From positions 10,987 to 74,986 of the forward strand of contig CAZEEW010000003.1 of the NCBI GenBank assembly GCA_964511375.1: DNA of 64,000 nucleotides, written 5' to 3'. The position numbers and the translations under genes were made by a program. Below, in pieces: positions 28,226 through 37,941 of this stretch. The notes beneath the pieces are model-generated. The model made no database searches and had not been told where the DNA came from. It saw nothing but the letters and a program-made list of their open reading frames with translations. The stretch comes from an uncultured Gammaproteobacteria bacterium. Its GTDB lineage: Bacteria; Patescibacteriota; Patescibacteriia; Magasanikbacterales; GWA2-37-8. The number at the start of each line of letters is the position of its first letter. Positions within the stretch are counted from its first letter, which is position 1.

Positions 28226-28291
28226 GACTCGAATCTCATAGTGTCATACGTTTTGTGGCCTTGAAGAAAATCGGGTCACAATTTTATTAAT

Positions 28292-29536
28292 ATGACACAT
28301 ATAGTAGCTACTACTGGTAGCTTTAGCGATTTACCAATCGCCACAACTCTTCTTAGTATATTGGAAAGCTTGCATTATAACAAGCCTACACCAATACAGT
28401 ACCAATGTATCGCCCCGGCTAATGAGGGAAAAGATATTGTTGGTATTGCCCAAACTGGCACTGGTAAGACCTTGGCTTTTACCATTCCTCTTATCCAGAG
28501 ATTGGCTGAAACCAAAGGCCAAGGTTTAATATTATTACCAACTCGCGAATTAGCTTTACAGGTGAATGAGGTATTAGAAAAAGTTGGAAAAAAAATTGGT
28601 CTTAAAACGGCCGTGATCATCGGGGGAGCTTCCTCTCATGAACAAATTCGAGCTTTACGTCGTGAACCTCATGTTATTGTTTCTACACCCGGACGCCTTA
28701 TTGACCACTTACAACAAAAGAATTTGAACTTAAATCGTATTTCCGTTGTAATTTTAGATGAAGCCGATCGAATGTTAGACATTGGTTTCATGCCGGCGAT
28801 TAAGCAGATTCTTTCTCTCTGTCCAACTAATCGTCAGACCATGATGTTTTCTGCTACCATGCCTAATGAAATTGCAGAAATTGCTTCACGGTTCATGAAG
28901 TTGCCGCTACGTATTGAAGTCGCTCCGGCTGGAACCTCTTCACAAAATGTGAATCAGGAATTATTCATCATCTCTAAGGAGGCGAAGATGCAGTTATTGG
29001 AAAAAGTGTTGGAGGACAACCCCGGAACAGTTTTAGTTTTTTCTAGAACTAAATTTGGCGCTAAGAAGATAACAAATAATATCCGCGCCATGGGCCATAC
29101 TGCCGCGGAGATCCATTCGAATAAGTCTCTTGCCCAAAGGCGGGCAGCATTGGAAGGTTTTAAATCAGGAAGGTTTCGCGTTTTAGTTGCTACCGACATC
29201 GCATCCCGTGGTATTGATGTAAAAAATATTTCATTGGTTGTGAATTATGATCTCCCGGACAATTCTGAAGACTATGTTCACCGGATCGGTCGGACTGGTC
29301 GAGCTAATGAATCTGGTAAGGCAGTTTCTTTTGCTACACCGGAAGAACGGGGAGATATTCGACAAATTGAACGACTAATTAAAAAAACTATTCCTGTTTT
29401 ATCTCTTCCTATCTTGCCGCCACGTCGAGGTAAGGTAGAAGTATCACGAGGTGAGAGTCGGCCCATTGGCAAACGTAATTTTTCTAGAATGAAGAAAGAA
29501 CTTCACTACCCCCGACGTTCTAAAAAACAAGGTTGA
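28292..29536 (+). CDS. DEAD-box ATP-dependent RNA helicase
   Basis: Q-motif, AQTGTGKT, DEAD, SAT and HRIGRTGR motifs. Basic C-terminal tail. Confidence 0.9.
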   Translation: MTHIVATTGSFSDLPIATTLLSILESLHYNKPTPIQYQCIAPANEGKDIVGIAQTGTGKTLAFTIPLIQRLAETKGQGLILLPTRELALQVNEVLEKVGKKIGLKTAVIIGGASSHEQIRALRREPHVIVSTPGRLIDHLQQKNLNLNRISVVILDEADRMLDIGFMPAIKQILSLCPTNRQTMMFSATMPNEIAEIASRFMKLPLRIEVAPAGTSSQNVNQELFIISKEAKMQLLEKVLEDNPGTVLVFSRTKFGAKKITNNIRAMGHTAAEIHSNKSLAQRRAALEGFKSGRFRVLVATDIASRGIDVKNISLVVNYDLPDNSEDYVHRIGRTGRANESGKAVSFATPEERGDIRQIERLIKKTIPVLSLPILPPRRGKVEVSRGESRPIGKRNFSRMKKELHYPRRSKKQG

Positions 29537-29554
29537 AACAAACCTTGTTTTTTG
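29522..29554 (+). terminator. helicase terminator overlapping stop codon
   Basis: aacaaggtt-gaaaca-aaccttgtt plus a T-run. The arms are near-identical to 3395-3428. Confidence 0.6.
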
Positions 29555-29598
29555 TTAAAATTGCTGAAGAGGGTTTTAAAAATTTTAAATTCATTAGT

Positions 29599-30351
29599 AT
29601 GCAACCTTGGGAAATTGCTTTGAATACTTTTTTAGCTGAATGGGAGAAAGAAGAACATTTTGTTGGTGCTTTACTTTGTGGTAGTCATGCTGTCGGTACT
29701 GCTAATAGCTTGTCTGATGTTGATGTACACATTATCTTGTCAGATAAGGCTAGTTGGCGTGAAAGAGGTAATAAAACAGTGAATGGAATTCAAATTGAAT
29801 ATTTCGTTAATCCAAAACATAAAATACATGAGTATTTAATAGAACAGTATGCATGGAATAGTTATATTACTGTTCGGATGTTTGCGACTGGCAAGACAGT
29901 CCGTGATCCTTATGGGGAAATGAAAAAGTTGCAAAACTGGGCCAAACAGGAGGTGAATAGGAAGTTTAAGAAGATGACTAAAGCGCGAATTGAACTGGAG
30001 AAATATCATCTATGGTATATTTTGGATAATCTTAAAGATTTACACATGCACAATTCTTTGGGTTTTATTTTCCTTTACCACAATGCCCTAGACAAGGCTT
30101 TTCATGTTTACGCTGAATATTTGCAGATGGAGATTCACTCCGAAGCTAAATTATACAAATACTTTAGTAGTAACGAATATCGCCATAAGTATAAAATGCC
30201 AGCTTTTCCCGACCAACAATTTACGCGGTTGTTTATAACAGCCTTAAAAAAGCAGAGTTATTCAAATATTGTAAAATTAATCAATCATGTAATAATTAAA
30301 ATGGGTGGCCTGAAACTCGAAAATTGGCACCTGCGTACTTCTGCTAATTAG
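29599..30351 (+). CDS. nucleotidyltransferase-domain protein (Pol-beta superfamily, KNTase/Lnu-like)
   Basis: CGSHAVGTANSLSDVDVHII. Start trimmed to ATG 29599; the upstream TTG would sit inside the terminator. Confidence 0.55.
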   Translation: MQPWEIALNTFLAEWEKEEHFVGALLCGSHAVGTANSLSDVDVHIILSDKASWRERGNKTVNGIQIEYFVNPKHKIHEYLIEQYAWNSYITVRMFATGKTVRDPYGEMKKLQNWAKQEVNRKFKKMTKARIELEKYHLWYILDNLKDLHMHNSLGFIFLYHNALDKAFHVYAEYLQMEIHSEAKLYKYFSSNEYRHKYKMPAFPDQQFTRLFITALKKQSYSNIVKLINHVIIKMGGLKLENWHLRTSAN

Positions 30352-30378
30352 TTTTTATTAGAATTAACAAAAAACAGC

Positions 30379-30407
30379 TTGACAATAAGCAGGAGGGTGT
30401 TATCATT
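30379..30407 (+). promoter_or_regulatory. promoter of ABC transporter operon
   Basis: TTGACA-16-TATCAT. Confidence 0.4.
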
Positions 30408-30409
30408 GG

Positions 30410-30432
30410 ATACATACTATTATAGTATGTAT
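30410..30432 (+). promoter_or_regulatory. perfect 11-1-11 palindrome (operator candidate) between promoter and ABC transporter start
   Basis: atacatactat-t-atagtatgtat. Confidence 0.5.
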
Positions 30433-30446
30433 TATGTTATTTACAT

Positions 30447-31346
30447 ATGCCGGCCTTACAAATTACCAAAGCATCCAAAATATTTACGGCTAAAAACAAT
30501 CAAACCGTTCGCGCTCTAGATGAAGTAAGTATGAATGTAGAGGCGGGGGAAATCCACGGCCTGCTTGGCCCGAACGGAGCAGGCAAGTCCACACTTATTA
30601 ATTTGATTAGCGGCGTTCTGCGTCCGACGGCCGGAGATATTGTAGTACACGGCGCTAGCGTGATAACACATACCGAAGATGTAAAAAAGATGCTTGGGGT
30701 CGTGCCACAAGAAATTGTTATTGAAATGGCCTTCACTGTGGAAGAGGTATTATATTATTTTAGTGGTATGTATGGCGTACCCCGAGAAGGACGGAAAGAA
30801 AAGATCGACAAAGTTTTGGTCGATCTGCAGCTGTTGGACAAGAAAAAAGAGCGGGCGCGTAGTCTTTCCGGTGGTATGAAGCGTCGGTTGATGATTGCTA
30901 AGGCGATTTTACATGAACCAAAGATCTTAATTCTAGACGAACCGACAGCTGGTGTGGACGTGGCCTTGCGGCAAAAAATTTGGGGGCTAGTTCGAGAATT
31001 GAATCAAAAAGGCACGACAATATTGTTCACTACCCATTATCTAGAAGAAGCTGAACAACTCTGTGACAATATTACCCTTATTAATCACGGCAAGATAATT
31101 AAAGAAGGGAAATTAAAAAATATTCTCCAGGAATATTCAACCAATGCTATACATTTCGAGCTGCACGATCGTAATGTAGAGCATTTGCCAGGGGTAAGAA
31201 GTCTCGGAACTATTTGGGAAATGGAGTCAGAAAATTTAGACGAGGACTTAAGCCGTCTGCTTAAACATTATGATGGAAATATTAAATCCATTCGTAATGA
31301 ATCTGCCTCCTTGGAGCAGGTCTTCTTAAAATTAACTAATAGCTAA
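30447..31346 (+). CDS. ABC transporter ATP-binding protein
   Basis: Walker [10 protein letters not shown], signature LSGGMKRRL and Walker B ILILDEP. Confidence 0.9.
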   Translation: MPALQITKASKIFTAKNNQTVRALDEVSMNVEAGEIHGLLGPNGAGKSTLINLISGVLRPTAGDIVVHGASVITHTEDVKKMLGVVPQEIVIEMAFTVEEVLYYFSGMYGVPREGRKEKIDKVLVDLQLLDKKKERARSLSGGMKRRLMIAKAILHEPKILILDEPTAGVDVALRQKIWGLVRELNQKGTTILFTTHYLEEAEQLCDNITLINHGKIIKEGKLKNILQEYSTNAIHFELHDRNVEHLPGVRSLGTIWEMESENLDEDLSRLLKHYDGNIKSIRNESASLEQVFLKLTNS

Positions 31347-31348
31347 TT

Positions 31349-32107
31349 ATGGGTACATACACCTGGGCTTTGTATGCCCGTGAAGTGAAACGTTTCCAAA
31401 AGTTATGGATGGATACTATTTTTAGTCCAATTGTGTCCATGGCTTTGTACCTAACAATTTTTGGTATTGTCGTTGGCAATCGTTCCATTGAGGGGGTAAA
31501 TTTTTTAGCTTTTGTTTATTCTGGATTGTTGGCTATGATTATGGTTAACAGCAGCTTCTCCAATCCGGCTTTCTCTTTGATCATCGCTAAAAATGTTGGT
31601 AATATTATCGATTTACAAATTGTGCCTCTAAAACCCTGGCAGATTGGTTTGGCATATTCTACGGCAGCTTTTACGCGTGGCTTGGTAACTCTCATTGCCG
31701 CCATGCTGTTTACCGTTTGGTTTATACCGGGTTTAGGTTTGCATAATATTTTTTACCTTATCGTCGGACTGCTTGTTACTGGCCTAGAATTTGGACTGCT
31801 CGGAGTAATTTTTGGCATGTTGGCTAAGAGTTTTGAATCGTTAACTTTTATGACGACTTTTATCATGCAACCCATGATATTTTTAGCTGGGGTTTTTTAT
31901 CCAGTCGCTGTTCTTCCGGGTATCTGGTCTAAAGTAAGCTTGTTTAATCCGATCTTCCATAATGTTGAACTACTACGCTATTCACTTACGGGGTATAGTG
32001 ATATTGCCCCGTATTTTTCCTTGTTAATAACTATTGCTGTTGTAATCATCCTTTTTACTGGCATGTTTTTTGTGGTAAGAAGAGGAATAAGCAATGTTAG
32101 TGTTTAA
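31349..32107 (+). CDS. ABC-2 type transporter permease
   Basis: Six TM helices, adjacent to the ATPase. Confidence 0.75.
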   Translation: MGTYTWALYAREVKRFQKLWMDTIFSPIVSMALYLTIFGIVVGNRSIEGVNFLAFVYSGLLAMIMVNSSFSNPAFSLIIAKNVGNIIDLQIVPLKPWQIGLAYSTAAFTRGLVTLIAAMLFTVWFIPGLGLHNIFYLIVGLLVTGLEFGLLGVIFGMLAKSFESLTFMTTFIMQPMIFLAGVFYPVAVLPGIWSKVSLFNPIFHNVELLRYSLTGYSDIAPYFSLLITIAVVIILFTGMFFVVRRGISNVSV

Positions 32108-32205
32108 TTGAATTGGAGGGTAGACAATGTGGAATGGACCATATTGCTTTTTTATTTACATTATGTTTAAATTTTTCTATCTTCAACCACTAGAAGGGGG
32201 TGGTT

Positions 32206-32421
32206 GTGAAAGATGAAGCCCGGCTTCCGAACCTCGGAAGCGAAGCGGCTCGGTTTTTCCTAGCCTTGGGGAAGGTTGCTGATATCCCAGTCAGCACAGC
32301 GGTCTCCACGGCCGGGGAAGAGAGCGCCTACTCTTTCGGGCATTGGAAGTGCCCGATTTGTGGGCGCAAGAACTTCTCGGTAGGCACGTGCCCGCAGTGC
32401 GGCACGCGACGGCCCCTCTGA
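32206..32421 (+). CDS. 71-aa zinc-ribbon protein encoded in GC-rich islet 2
   Basis: CPICG-x11-CPQCG. GC-rich codons. GTG start after aaggggg. Flanked by the 11-bp direct repeat gaagggggtgg. Confidence 0.5.
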   Translation: MKDEARLPNLGSEAARFFLALGKVADIPVSTAVSTAGEESAYSFGHWKCPICGRKNFSVGTCPQCGTRRPL

Positions 32422-32586
32422 AGGGGGTGGGGAGAGATCATGAAGCTGCCTTACTAGGGTGGGCGAGCACTCAGCAGGACTCCGCTCAACCACCTGTTGG
32501 GTTTCTGTGTATTAGGAACCCAGCAGGGGGAGATGGGCGGAGTTTTGTGTTGACTAAAAATATATTTTAGTATTTAATGGTCTGGT

Positions 32587-33789
32587 ATGAAAAAAGTAAA
32601 AAAACCAGAACTCATGTGTCCTATACGTAATTTTGCTAGCCTTGAGGCTTGCAAGGATTATGCTGATGCAGTATATTTTGGTGTTTCTGACTTTAGTCTA
32701 CGGGCAAACGCTAATGCAGTCCGTCAAGAAAATATGGGAGATTTTGTTGCTAAATGTCATGAGTATAAAATAAAGGCCTACCTTACAGTTAATGCGGTTG
32801 TTTACGAGACTGGCTTAAAAGAACTGGACAAGTTAATGAAAAAGGCAAAGTCCGCCAAAGTCGATGCCGTTATTGTTTGGGATCCAGCAGTAATACAATT
32901 AGCCAAAAAACACGGTTTAACAATATTTATTTCTACGCAAGCCAATGTTTCTAATTCAGAAACAGTTGAATTTTATCATAAACAAGGAGCGAAACGAGTT
33001 GTCTTGGCGCGGGAGATGAGTTTAGAACAAATTAAAACTGTCCGTAAGAAAACAAAAATTGAAATCGAAACCTTTGTTCATGGGGCCATGTGTATGGCCA
33101 TCTCCGGTCGTTGTGTTTTATCTAGTTATTTGTATGGCACTTCCGCAAACTGTGGCTTTTGCGCCCAACCTTGTCGTAAAGAGTGGGTTTTGAGTGACGG
33201 GGAAGGTAATCAGCTGGTAACGGAGGGAAAATATTTTTTGAGTGCCAAGGATTTGTGTATGATTGAATTTGTCCCTGAGCTAATAAAAGCTGGGATAAAT
33301 TCTTTTAAGATTGAAGGTCGTCGTCGCGACCCACGATATATCGCGGTAACGGCCAAATGTTATCGCGAAGCGATTGATAGCTATTTTACTGGTAATTATA
33401 CTCGGGAAAAAGTGGCCGTCTGGCGGAAAGAGCTAGAGACTGTGTATAATCGAGGCTATTCCACTGGTTTTTACTTCAGCGTTCCCGGTAAAGAGGGAAT
33501 TAGTTATGAAAAGGCTGATAACGCTTCGGAACACAAAAAGAATTTGGTTGGATATGTCATTAAGTATTATCCAAAAATTGGCGTGGCCGAAGTTAAATTA
33601 AACCATGGTGTTATTAAAATCGGCGATCGACTTGTCGTTGAGGGTCAGGAAACATTTATCGAACAAGAAGTTACTTCTTTGGAAGTGGAATCTAAATCTA
33701 TTAAAAAAGGCAACAAAGGCATGACTGTGGCGGTAAAATTAGTTAAGCCAGCTAAACCGAAAGACCACCTCTTTGTTCTTAATGTATAA
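32587..33789 (+). CDS. peptidase U32 family protein
   Basis: N-terminal region typical of U32 (PrtC/YhbU-like). Conserved Cys cluster. Confidence 0.75.
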   Translation: MKKVKKPELMCPIRNFASLEACKDYADAVYFGVSDFSLRANANAVRQENMGDFVAKCHEYKIKAYLTVNAVVYETGLKELDKLMKKAKSAKVDAVIVWDPAVIQLAKKHGLTIFISTQANVSNSETVEFYHKQGAKRVVLAREMSLEQIKTVRKKTKIEIETFVHGAMCMAISGRCVLSSYLYGTSANCGFCAQPCRKEWVLSDGEGNQLVTEGKYFLSAKDLCMIEFVPELIKAGINSFKIEGRRRDPRYIAVTAKCYREAIDSYFTGNYTREKVAVWRKELETVYNRGYSTGFYFSVPGKEGISYEKADNASEHKKNLVGYVIKYYPKIGVAEVKLNHGVIKIGDRLVVEGQETFIEQEVTSLEVESKSIKKGNKGMTVAVKLVKPAKPKDHLFVLNV

Positions 33790-33801
33790 AGCATCTCTAA
33801 T

Positions 33802-33824
33802 AAAGCGCACAAAGCGCTTTTTTG
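33802..33824 (+). terminator. U32 gene terminator
   Basis: aaagcgc-acaaa-gcgcttt plus a T-run. Confidence 0.55.
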
Positions 33825-33854
33825 TTGACAGCAAAAATTTTCTCTCATTATAAT
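33825..33854 (+). promoter_or_regulatory. sigma70-like promoter
   Basis: TTGACA-18-TATAAT. Confidence 0.5.
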
Positions 33855-33899
33855 AAAAAGAGAGCAGTTAATTTTAATTCAAGTAACCTTACTAAATAT

Positions 33900-34349
33900 A
33901 TGAATAACAAAGGAATAGTTGCCTGGGTTGCCTTAGGATTGGGCGTCGTGGCTTTAATTTTAGGTTGGGTAGCTTTTAACCGTTCTGGTTCTAACCTCGG
34001 AGATGAGATTGTGCAAAATTCCAGAGAGAACACTGTCGAGTTGCGCCAAGAGTGGCGACGTGACCTGGCATCTTTAGAAGCACGAGCCCGTTTGTTAGTT
34101 CTTCAGGCCCAGTTGTCTGCAAATAGGAATTATTCTGCGGCTAGTGATGAAATCCAAGATATACGTAACAACTTGCGCTCAGCTTACGCCAATGCTTCAG
34201 CTAACGCAAAAAATGGTTGGCAACAAGTTGACCAGTCTTTAGAATCTACTGAAAATAAACTGAGAGAAGGTAGCGCTGACGCCCTGGATTCTTTGGAACA
34301 GGCCATAGATAGATTGCAGGCGGAAGTACGCGTTGACGAATCTAGTTAA
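33900..34349 (+). CDS. membrane-anchored coiled-coil protein
   Basis: Trimmed to ATG 33900. N-terminal TM followed by a Q/A/L-rich helical region. Confidence 0.5.
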   Translation: MNNKGIVAWVALGLGVVALILGWVAFNRSGSNLGDEIVQNSRENTVELRQEWRRDLASLEARARLLVLQAQLSANRNYSAASDEIQDIRNNLRSAYANASANAKNGWQQVDQSLESTENKLREGSADALDSLEQAIDRLQAEVRVDESS

Positions 34350-34370
34350 ATATTTTATCATGGCTAGACT

Positions 34371-36347
34371 ATGCAAGAAGAGTTAACAAAACAAACCTCG
34401 CGATTCATTGATCTTCCTGCGCGCAATCTTAAGATCAGCCCAGGCGACGATTTTTTTGAACATGCTTTTGGAACCTGGCTTCAAAATACACTAATCCCGG
34501 ATGAATATAGTCGTTGGGGCTCTTTTGATATACTCCATCATGAAAATTATGACCGACTGAAAGTGTTGCTTGAAGATGAAGAGTATTTTTTAAACCACCC
34601 AAAGTCGTCTTTAGCAATTCGTTTGAAAAAATTTTTTGTCAGCGGTTTGGATGAGGAAGCAATCGAGCGTGTTGGTGTAACGCCCTTGCAGACGGATTTA
34701 GATTTAATAGAGTCACTGGACAATTTAGGGAATTTAGCCAAAGTAGTTTCTCATTTGCACAGTTATTCTTCAACACCGCTGTTTAATATTTTTCCCGAAC
34801 CTGATTACAAAAATAGTAGCTTTATGCTTGCATTTTTAATGCAGGGTGGTTTAGGTTTGCCTGATCGAGATTACTATCTGAAAAATGATGAAAAATTTCT
34901 GGCTACTAAAGAGAAATATTTAGCCCACATCCAAAGAATGTTCGAATTAGCTCACTGGGAGCGACAGGAGAAGGTTAGCGAAAGGATATGGAAGATTGAA
35001 ACGGCTCTGGCAGAATATTCCAGCCCGCGTGAGGATCTAAGGGACTCGGAAAAGAATTACCATAAGATGACCATAAATGAATTATCAACCCTCGCTCCCA
35101 ACTTGAACTGGCAGGAGTACTTTCAAAACATGGGTTTGACCGATTTGAAAGAGCTTAACATTGGACAGCCAGAATTCTTCAACAAACTTAGTTTGGCCTT
35201 AGAACAGTTTGCGTTAGATGATTGGAAGCTATATCTAAAGTGGCACTTGCTTTTAGATAATGCTAAATACCTGAGCAAGCCTCTCGTCGAAGAAAATTTT
35301 TCTTTTTATGGCCAACATTTAAATGGTCTTAAGGTTTTAAAATCAAGATATAAAAGAGTTATTGATCATCTGGACGGATTAGTAGGAGAAGCGGTTGGCG
35401 AATTATATGTGGCGCGGTATTTTCCAATGGAATACCGATTGGAAATGGATGCGTTAGTTAAAAATCTGCGTTTAGCCATAGAAAAACGATTGGATAATTT
35501 AACTTGGATGTCACGAGAAACTAAAGAAGCGGCACAGAAAAAACTAAAGACTTTAAGAGTTAAAATAGGTTACCCAGATGTATTTCCTGATTTTTCGGCC
35601 TGGCAAGTAACTTCGGACGTTTATTATGAAAACCTACGATCAGCTCGTTATTTTGAATGGCAGAGACAATTAAATAAAATTAATAAGCCAGTTGATCTTA
35701 ATGAATGGTTGATGCACGCTCATGAAGTGAACGCCTACTTTAGTCGAGAGCGAAACGAAATTGTTTTTCCCGCCGGTATATTACAACCTCCTTTCTTCCA
35801 TCCGGAAGCTGATCGTGCTGTAAATTACGGTGCTATTGGTTCAGTAATTGGGCACGAGATTATTCATGCCTTTGACGATCAGGGACGTAAATTTGATGAG
35901 CATGGTCACTTACGTGATTGGTGGGCTAAAGAAGACGAAGAAAAATTTAATGTATTAGCTAAACGATTAGTCGAACAGTACGATAATTATTATCCCTTTC
36001 CGGATGCCCATATTAATGGTGAATTTACCCTCGGCGAAAATATTGCGGACCTGGGTGGTGTGGTGGTAAGTTTTGAGGCGCTGAAGCTTGCTTTACAAGA
36101 GAAGCCAGAAGGTAGAATAGATAATTTGACGCCCGAGCAACGGTTTTTTTATTCTTTTGCTGCTTCAGAGAAGGGAAAGACGCGTGAAGAAAAAGGTCGC
36201 TTAGCCTTAATTATTGATCCTCACTCACCAAGTAAATACCGTGTAAATGGAGTAGTCACTAATTTGACGGAATTTTACGATGCCTTTAATGTAAAAGAAG
36301 GGGAGGGATTATATCAGCCGGCAGAAAAAAGGATACAAATTTGGTAA
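34371..36347 (+). CDS. pepO: M13 family metalloendopeptidase (PepO/neprilysin-like)
   Basis: VIGHEIIHAFDDQG (HExxH) and GENIADLGG. Confidence 0.85.
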   Translation: MQEELTKQTSRFIDLPARNLKISPGDDFFEHAFGTWLQNTLIPDEYSRWGSFDILHHENYDRLKVLLEDEEYFLNHPKSSLAIRLKKFFVSGLDEEAIERVGVTPLQTDLDLIESLDNLGNLAKVVSHLHSYSSTPLFNIFPEPDYKNSSFMLAFLMQGGLGLPDRDYYLKNDEKFLATKEKYLAHIQRMFELAHWERQEKVSERIWKIETALAEYSSPREDLRDSEKNYHKMTINELSTLAPNLNWQEYFQNMGLTDLKELNIGQPEFFNKLSLALEQFALDDWKLYLKWHLLLDNAKYLSKPLVEENFSFYGQHLNGLKVLKSRYKRVIDHLDGLVGEAVGELYVARYFPMEYRLEMDALVKNLRLAIEKRLDNLTWMSRETKEAAQKKLKTLRVKIGYPDVFPDFSAWQVTSDVYYENLRSARYFEWQRQLNKINKPVDLNEWLMHAHEVNAYFSRERNEIVFPAGILQPPFFHPEADRAVNYGAIGSVIGHEIIHAFDDQGRKFDEHGHLRDWWAKEDEEKFNVLAKRLVEQYDNYYPFPDAHINGEFTLGENIADLGGVVVSFEALKLALQEKPEGRIDNLTPEQRFFYSFAASEKGKTREEKGRLALIIDPHSPSKYRVNGVVTNLTEFYDAFNVKEGEGLYQPAEKRIQIW

Positions 36348-36760
36348 GCTATATGGAAGAAAAAGATAAAATACATAAAACTGACGAAGAATGGAAACAG
36401 TTATTGACACCCGAGGAATATCGCGTGCTACGAGAACGGGAGACAGAGCAATCATTTACGGGTGAGCTTTTAGATACAAATGAAACCGGCACTTATGTTT
36501 GCCGAGCCTGTGGCAACGAGCTTTTTTCTTCTCATACCAAATACCACTCTGGTAGTGGTTGGCCAAGTTTTTGGGAAGTAATTGAGGAGGGAAAAGTAGA
36601 AGCAAGAGTAGATAACACTTTGGGGCATACGCGCTATGAAGTTGTCTGTGCTCGATGTGATAGCCATTTGGGTCATGTTTTTGATGACGGACCAGAGCCT
36701 TCTGGGAAGAGGTATTGTGTTAATTCTCTTAGCCTAAAGCTCAAACCAAAAAGTAACTAA
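36341..36760 (+). CDS. msrB: peptide-methionine (R)-S-oxide reductase MsrB
   Basis: SelR domain with two CxxC pairs and a GHVFDDGP-type motif. Confidence 0.85.
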   Translation: MVSYMEEKDKIHKTDEEWKQLLTPEEYRVLRERETEQSFTGELLDTNETGTYVCRACGNELFSSHTKYHSGSGWPSFWEVIEEGKVEARVDNTLGHTRYEVVCARCDSHLGHVFDDGPEPSGKRYCVNSLSLKLKPKSN

Positions 36761-36777
36761 TTAAAGACGCGAAACGT

Positions 36778-36806
36778 ATACTTCCCTTAGGGAAGTATTT
36801 TTTTTC
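36778..36806 (+). terminator. msrB terminator
   Basis: Stem tacttccc/gggaagta followed by a T8 run. Confidence 0.6.
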
Positions 36807-36895
36807 ATACTAATTTAGTTTGACATTGATAATTCAGCATGTTACGTTAAATTTAGTTAATCTTTAAAGACAAATTAAGGCCTGTGCCCTAACAT

Positions 36896-37357
36896 TTGTC
36901 AAAGGACTTTGCCTCTATGAATAACTTTCATTTCACTGCGGGGTTAATCGGTGGTCTGACCGGAGGCTTGCTATTTGGTGTTGTCTTTTCAATAATCGGA
37001 GTTTTGCCATTGATCGCCTCTGTTGTTAACAGTTCATCGGCTTTCGTGGGTTGGATCATTCACCTTATCGTGAGTATGTTAATCGGTGTCTTCTTTGCTT
37101 TTTTCTTTGGCCGCCGAATAAATTCATATGGCAGTGCCACATTATACGGTTTGCTTTACGGGATTGCTCTTTGGATATTGGGAGCAATTATTTTGCTCCC
37201 CTTACTCGGACTAGCTGTGACTGTTGCCAATCTTTTAAGCACTCTTAGTTTAGTAAGTTTAGTCGGCTATCTGGTCTATGGCTTAGTTTTAGGTCTAGTC
37301 TTTGGTGCTGTAGATAGACCGCATTTGGTTGAACATCGAGGAGCTCTGCGTCATTGA
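36896..37357 (+). CDS. hydrophobic four-TM membrane protein
   Basis: Gly-rich TM helices. No recognisable family. Confidence 0.45.
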   Translation: MSKDFASMNNFHFTAGLIGGLTGGLLFGVVFSIIGVLPLIASVVNSSSAFVGWIIHLIVSMLIGVFFAFFFGRRINSYGSATLYGLLYGIALWILGAIILLPLLGLAVTVANLLSTLSLVSLVGYLVYGLVLGLVFGAVDRPHLVEHRGALRH

Positions 37358-37372
37358 AGTAAGCTTACGACT

Positions 37373-37903
37373 ATGCTTTTCTTAAAAATTCTTGTATTTT
37401 TAAGTTTTTTATTAATGGGGATTGCCTTACCTCCCATTTCTTTTGCTCAAGTTATCGTAGAACCTCCTTTACAGCCCAATGAAGAACCAGTAACTACAAC
37501 TACCTTGCCGCCAGTGGAAGGGAATGATCCTGTGCCCCAAAGAGTTACCCCAGGGGAATCAACTTTACCTTCTACTACTACACCACCCTCTGTGGGCGGA
37601 TCAATTTTCGACAACCTGAGTTTGTTTGGTCGCTCGTTGGGTCTGCCGGAAACTGACCCTCGTTTTATTTTTACTAACCTCTTGCGACAAATCTTAGGCC
37701 TGCTCGGAATCATCCTCTTGGTTATCATTCTTTATGCTGGCTTCTTATGGATGCTTTCCGGTGATAATGATGACCAAAGAACTAAAGCCAAGCGAACGCT
37801 TATTGGTGCTGTTATTGGTCTAATAATAATTTTAAGTGCTAATAGCATTGTCTTGTTTATATTTCGCACTTTATCCGGTGCAACTACAACACCGCCAATA
37901 TAA
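37373..37903 (+). CDS. secreted Pro/Thr-rich protein with two C-terminal TM helices (VirB2/TrbC pilin-like topology)
   Basis: Signal peptide, then a P/T-rich linker, then two hydrophobic helices separated by DNDDQRTKAKR. The VirB2 call rests on topology only. Confidence 0.3.
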   Translation: MLFLKILVFLSFLLMGIALPPISFAQVIVEPPLQPNEEPVTTTTLPPVEGNDPVPQRVTPGESTLPSTTTPPSVGGSIFDNLSLFGRSLGLPETDPRFIFTNLLRQILGLLGIILLVIILYAGFLWMLSGDNDDQRTKAKRTLIGAVIGLIIILSANSIVLFIFRTLSGATTTPPI

Positions 37904-37941
37904 TCGTTGTCTCTACCCGGTTTTAATTGTATATTAGGATT

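Noticed and set aside
29533-29598. TTG start at 29533 for the NTase gene
   Set aside because: It would place the start inside the helicase terminator hairpin. ATG 29599 gives a complete NTase domain.
32260-32570. ORFs 32260-32493 (-) and 32343-32570 (+) in islet 2
   Set aside because: Antisense to or overlapping the zinc-ribbon frame. No SD and no motif. Open only because of GC richness.
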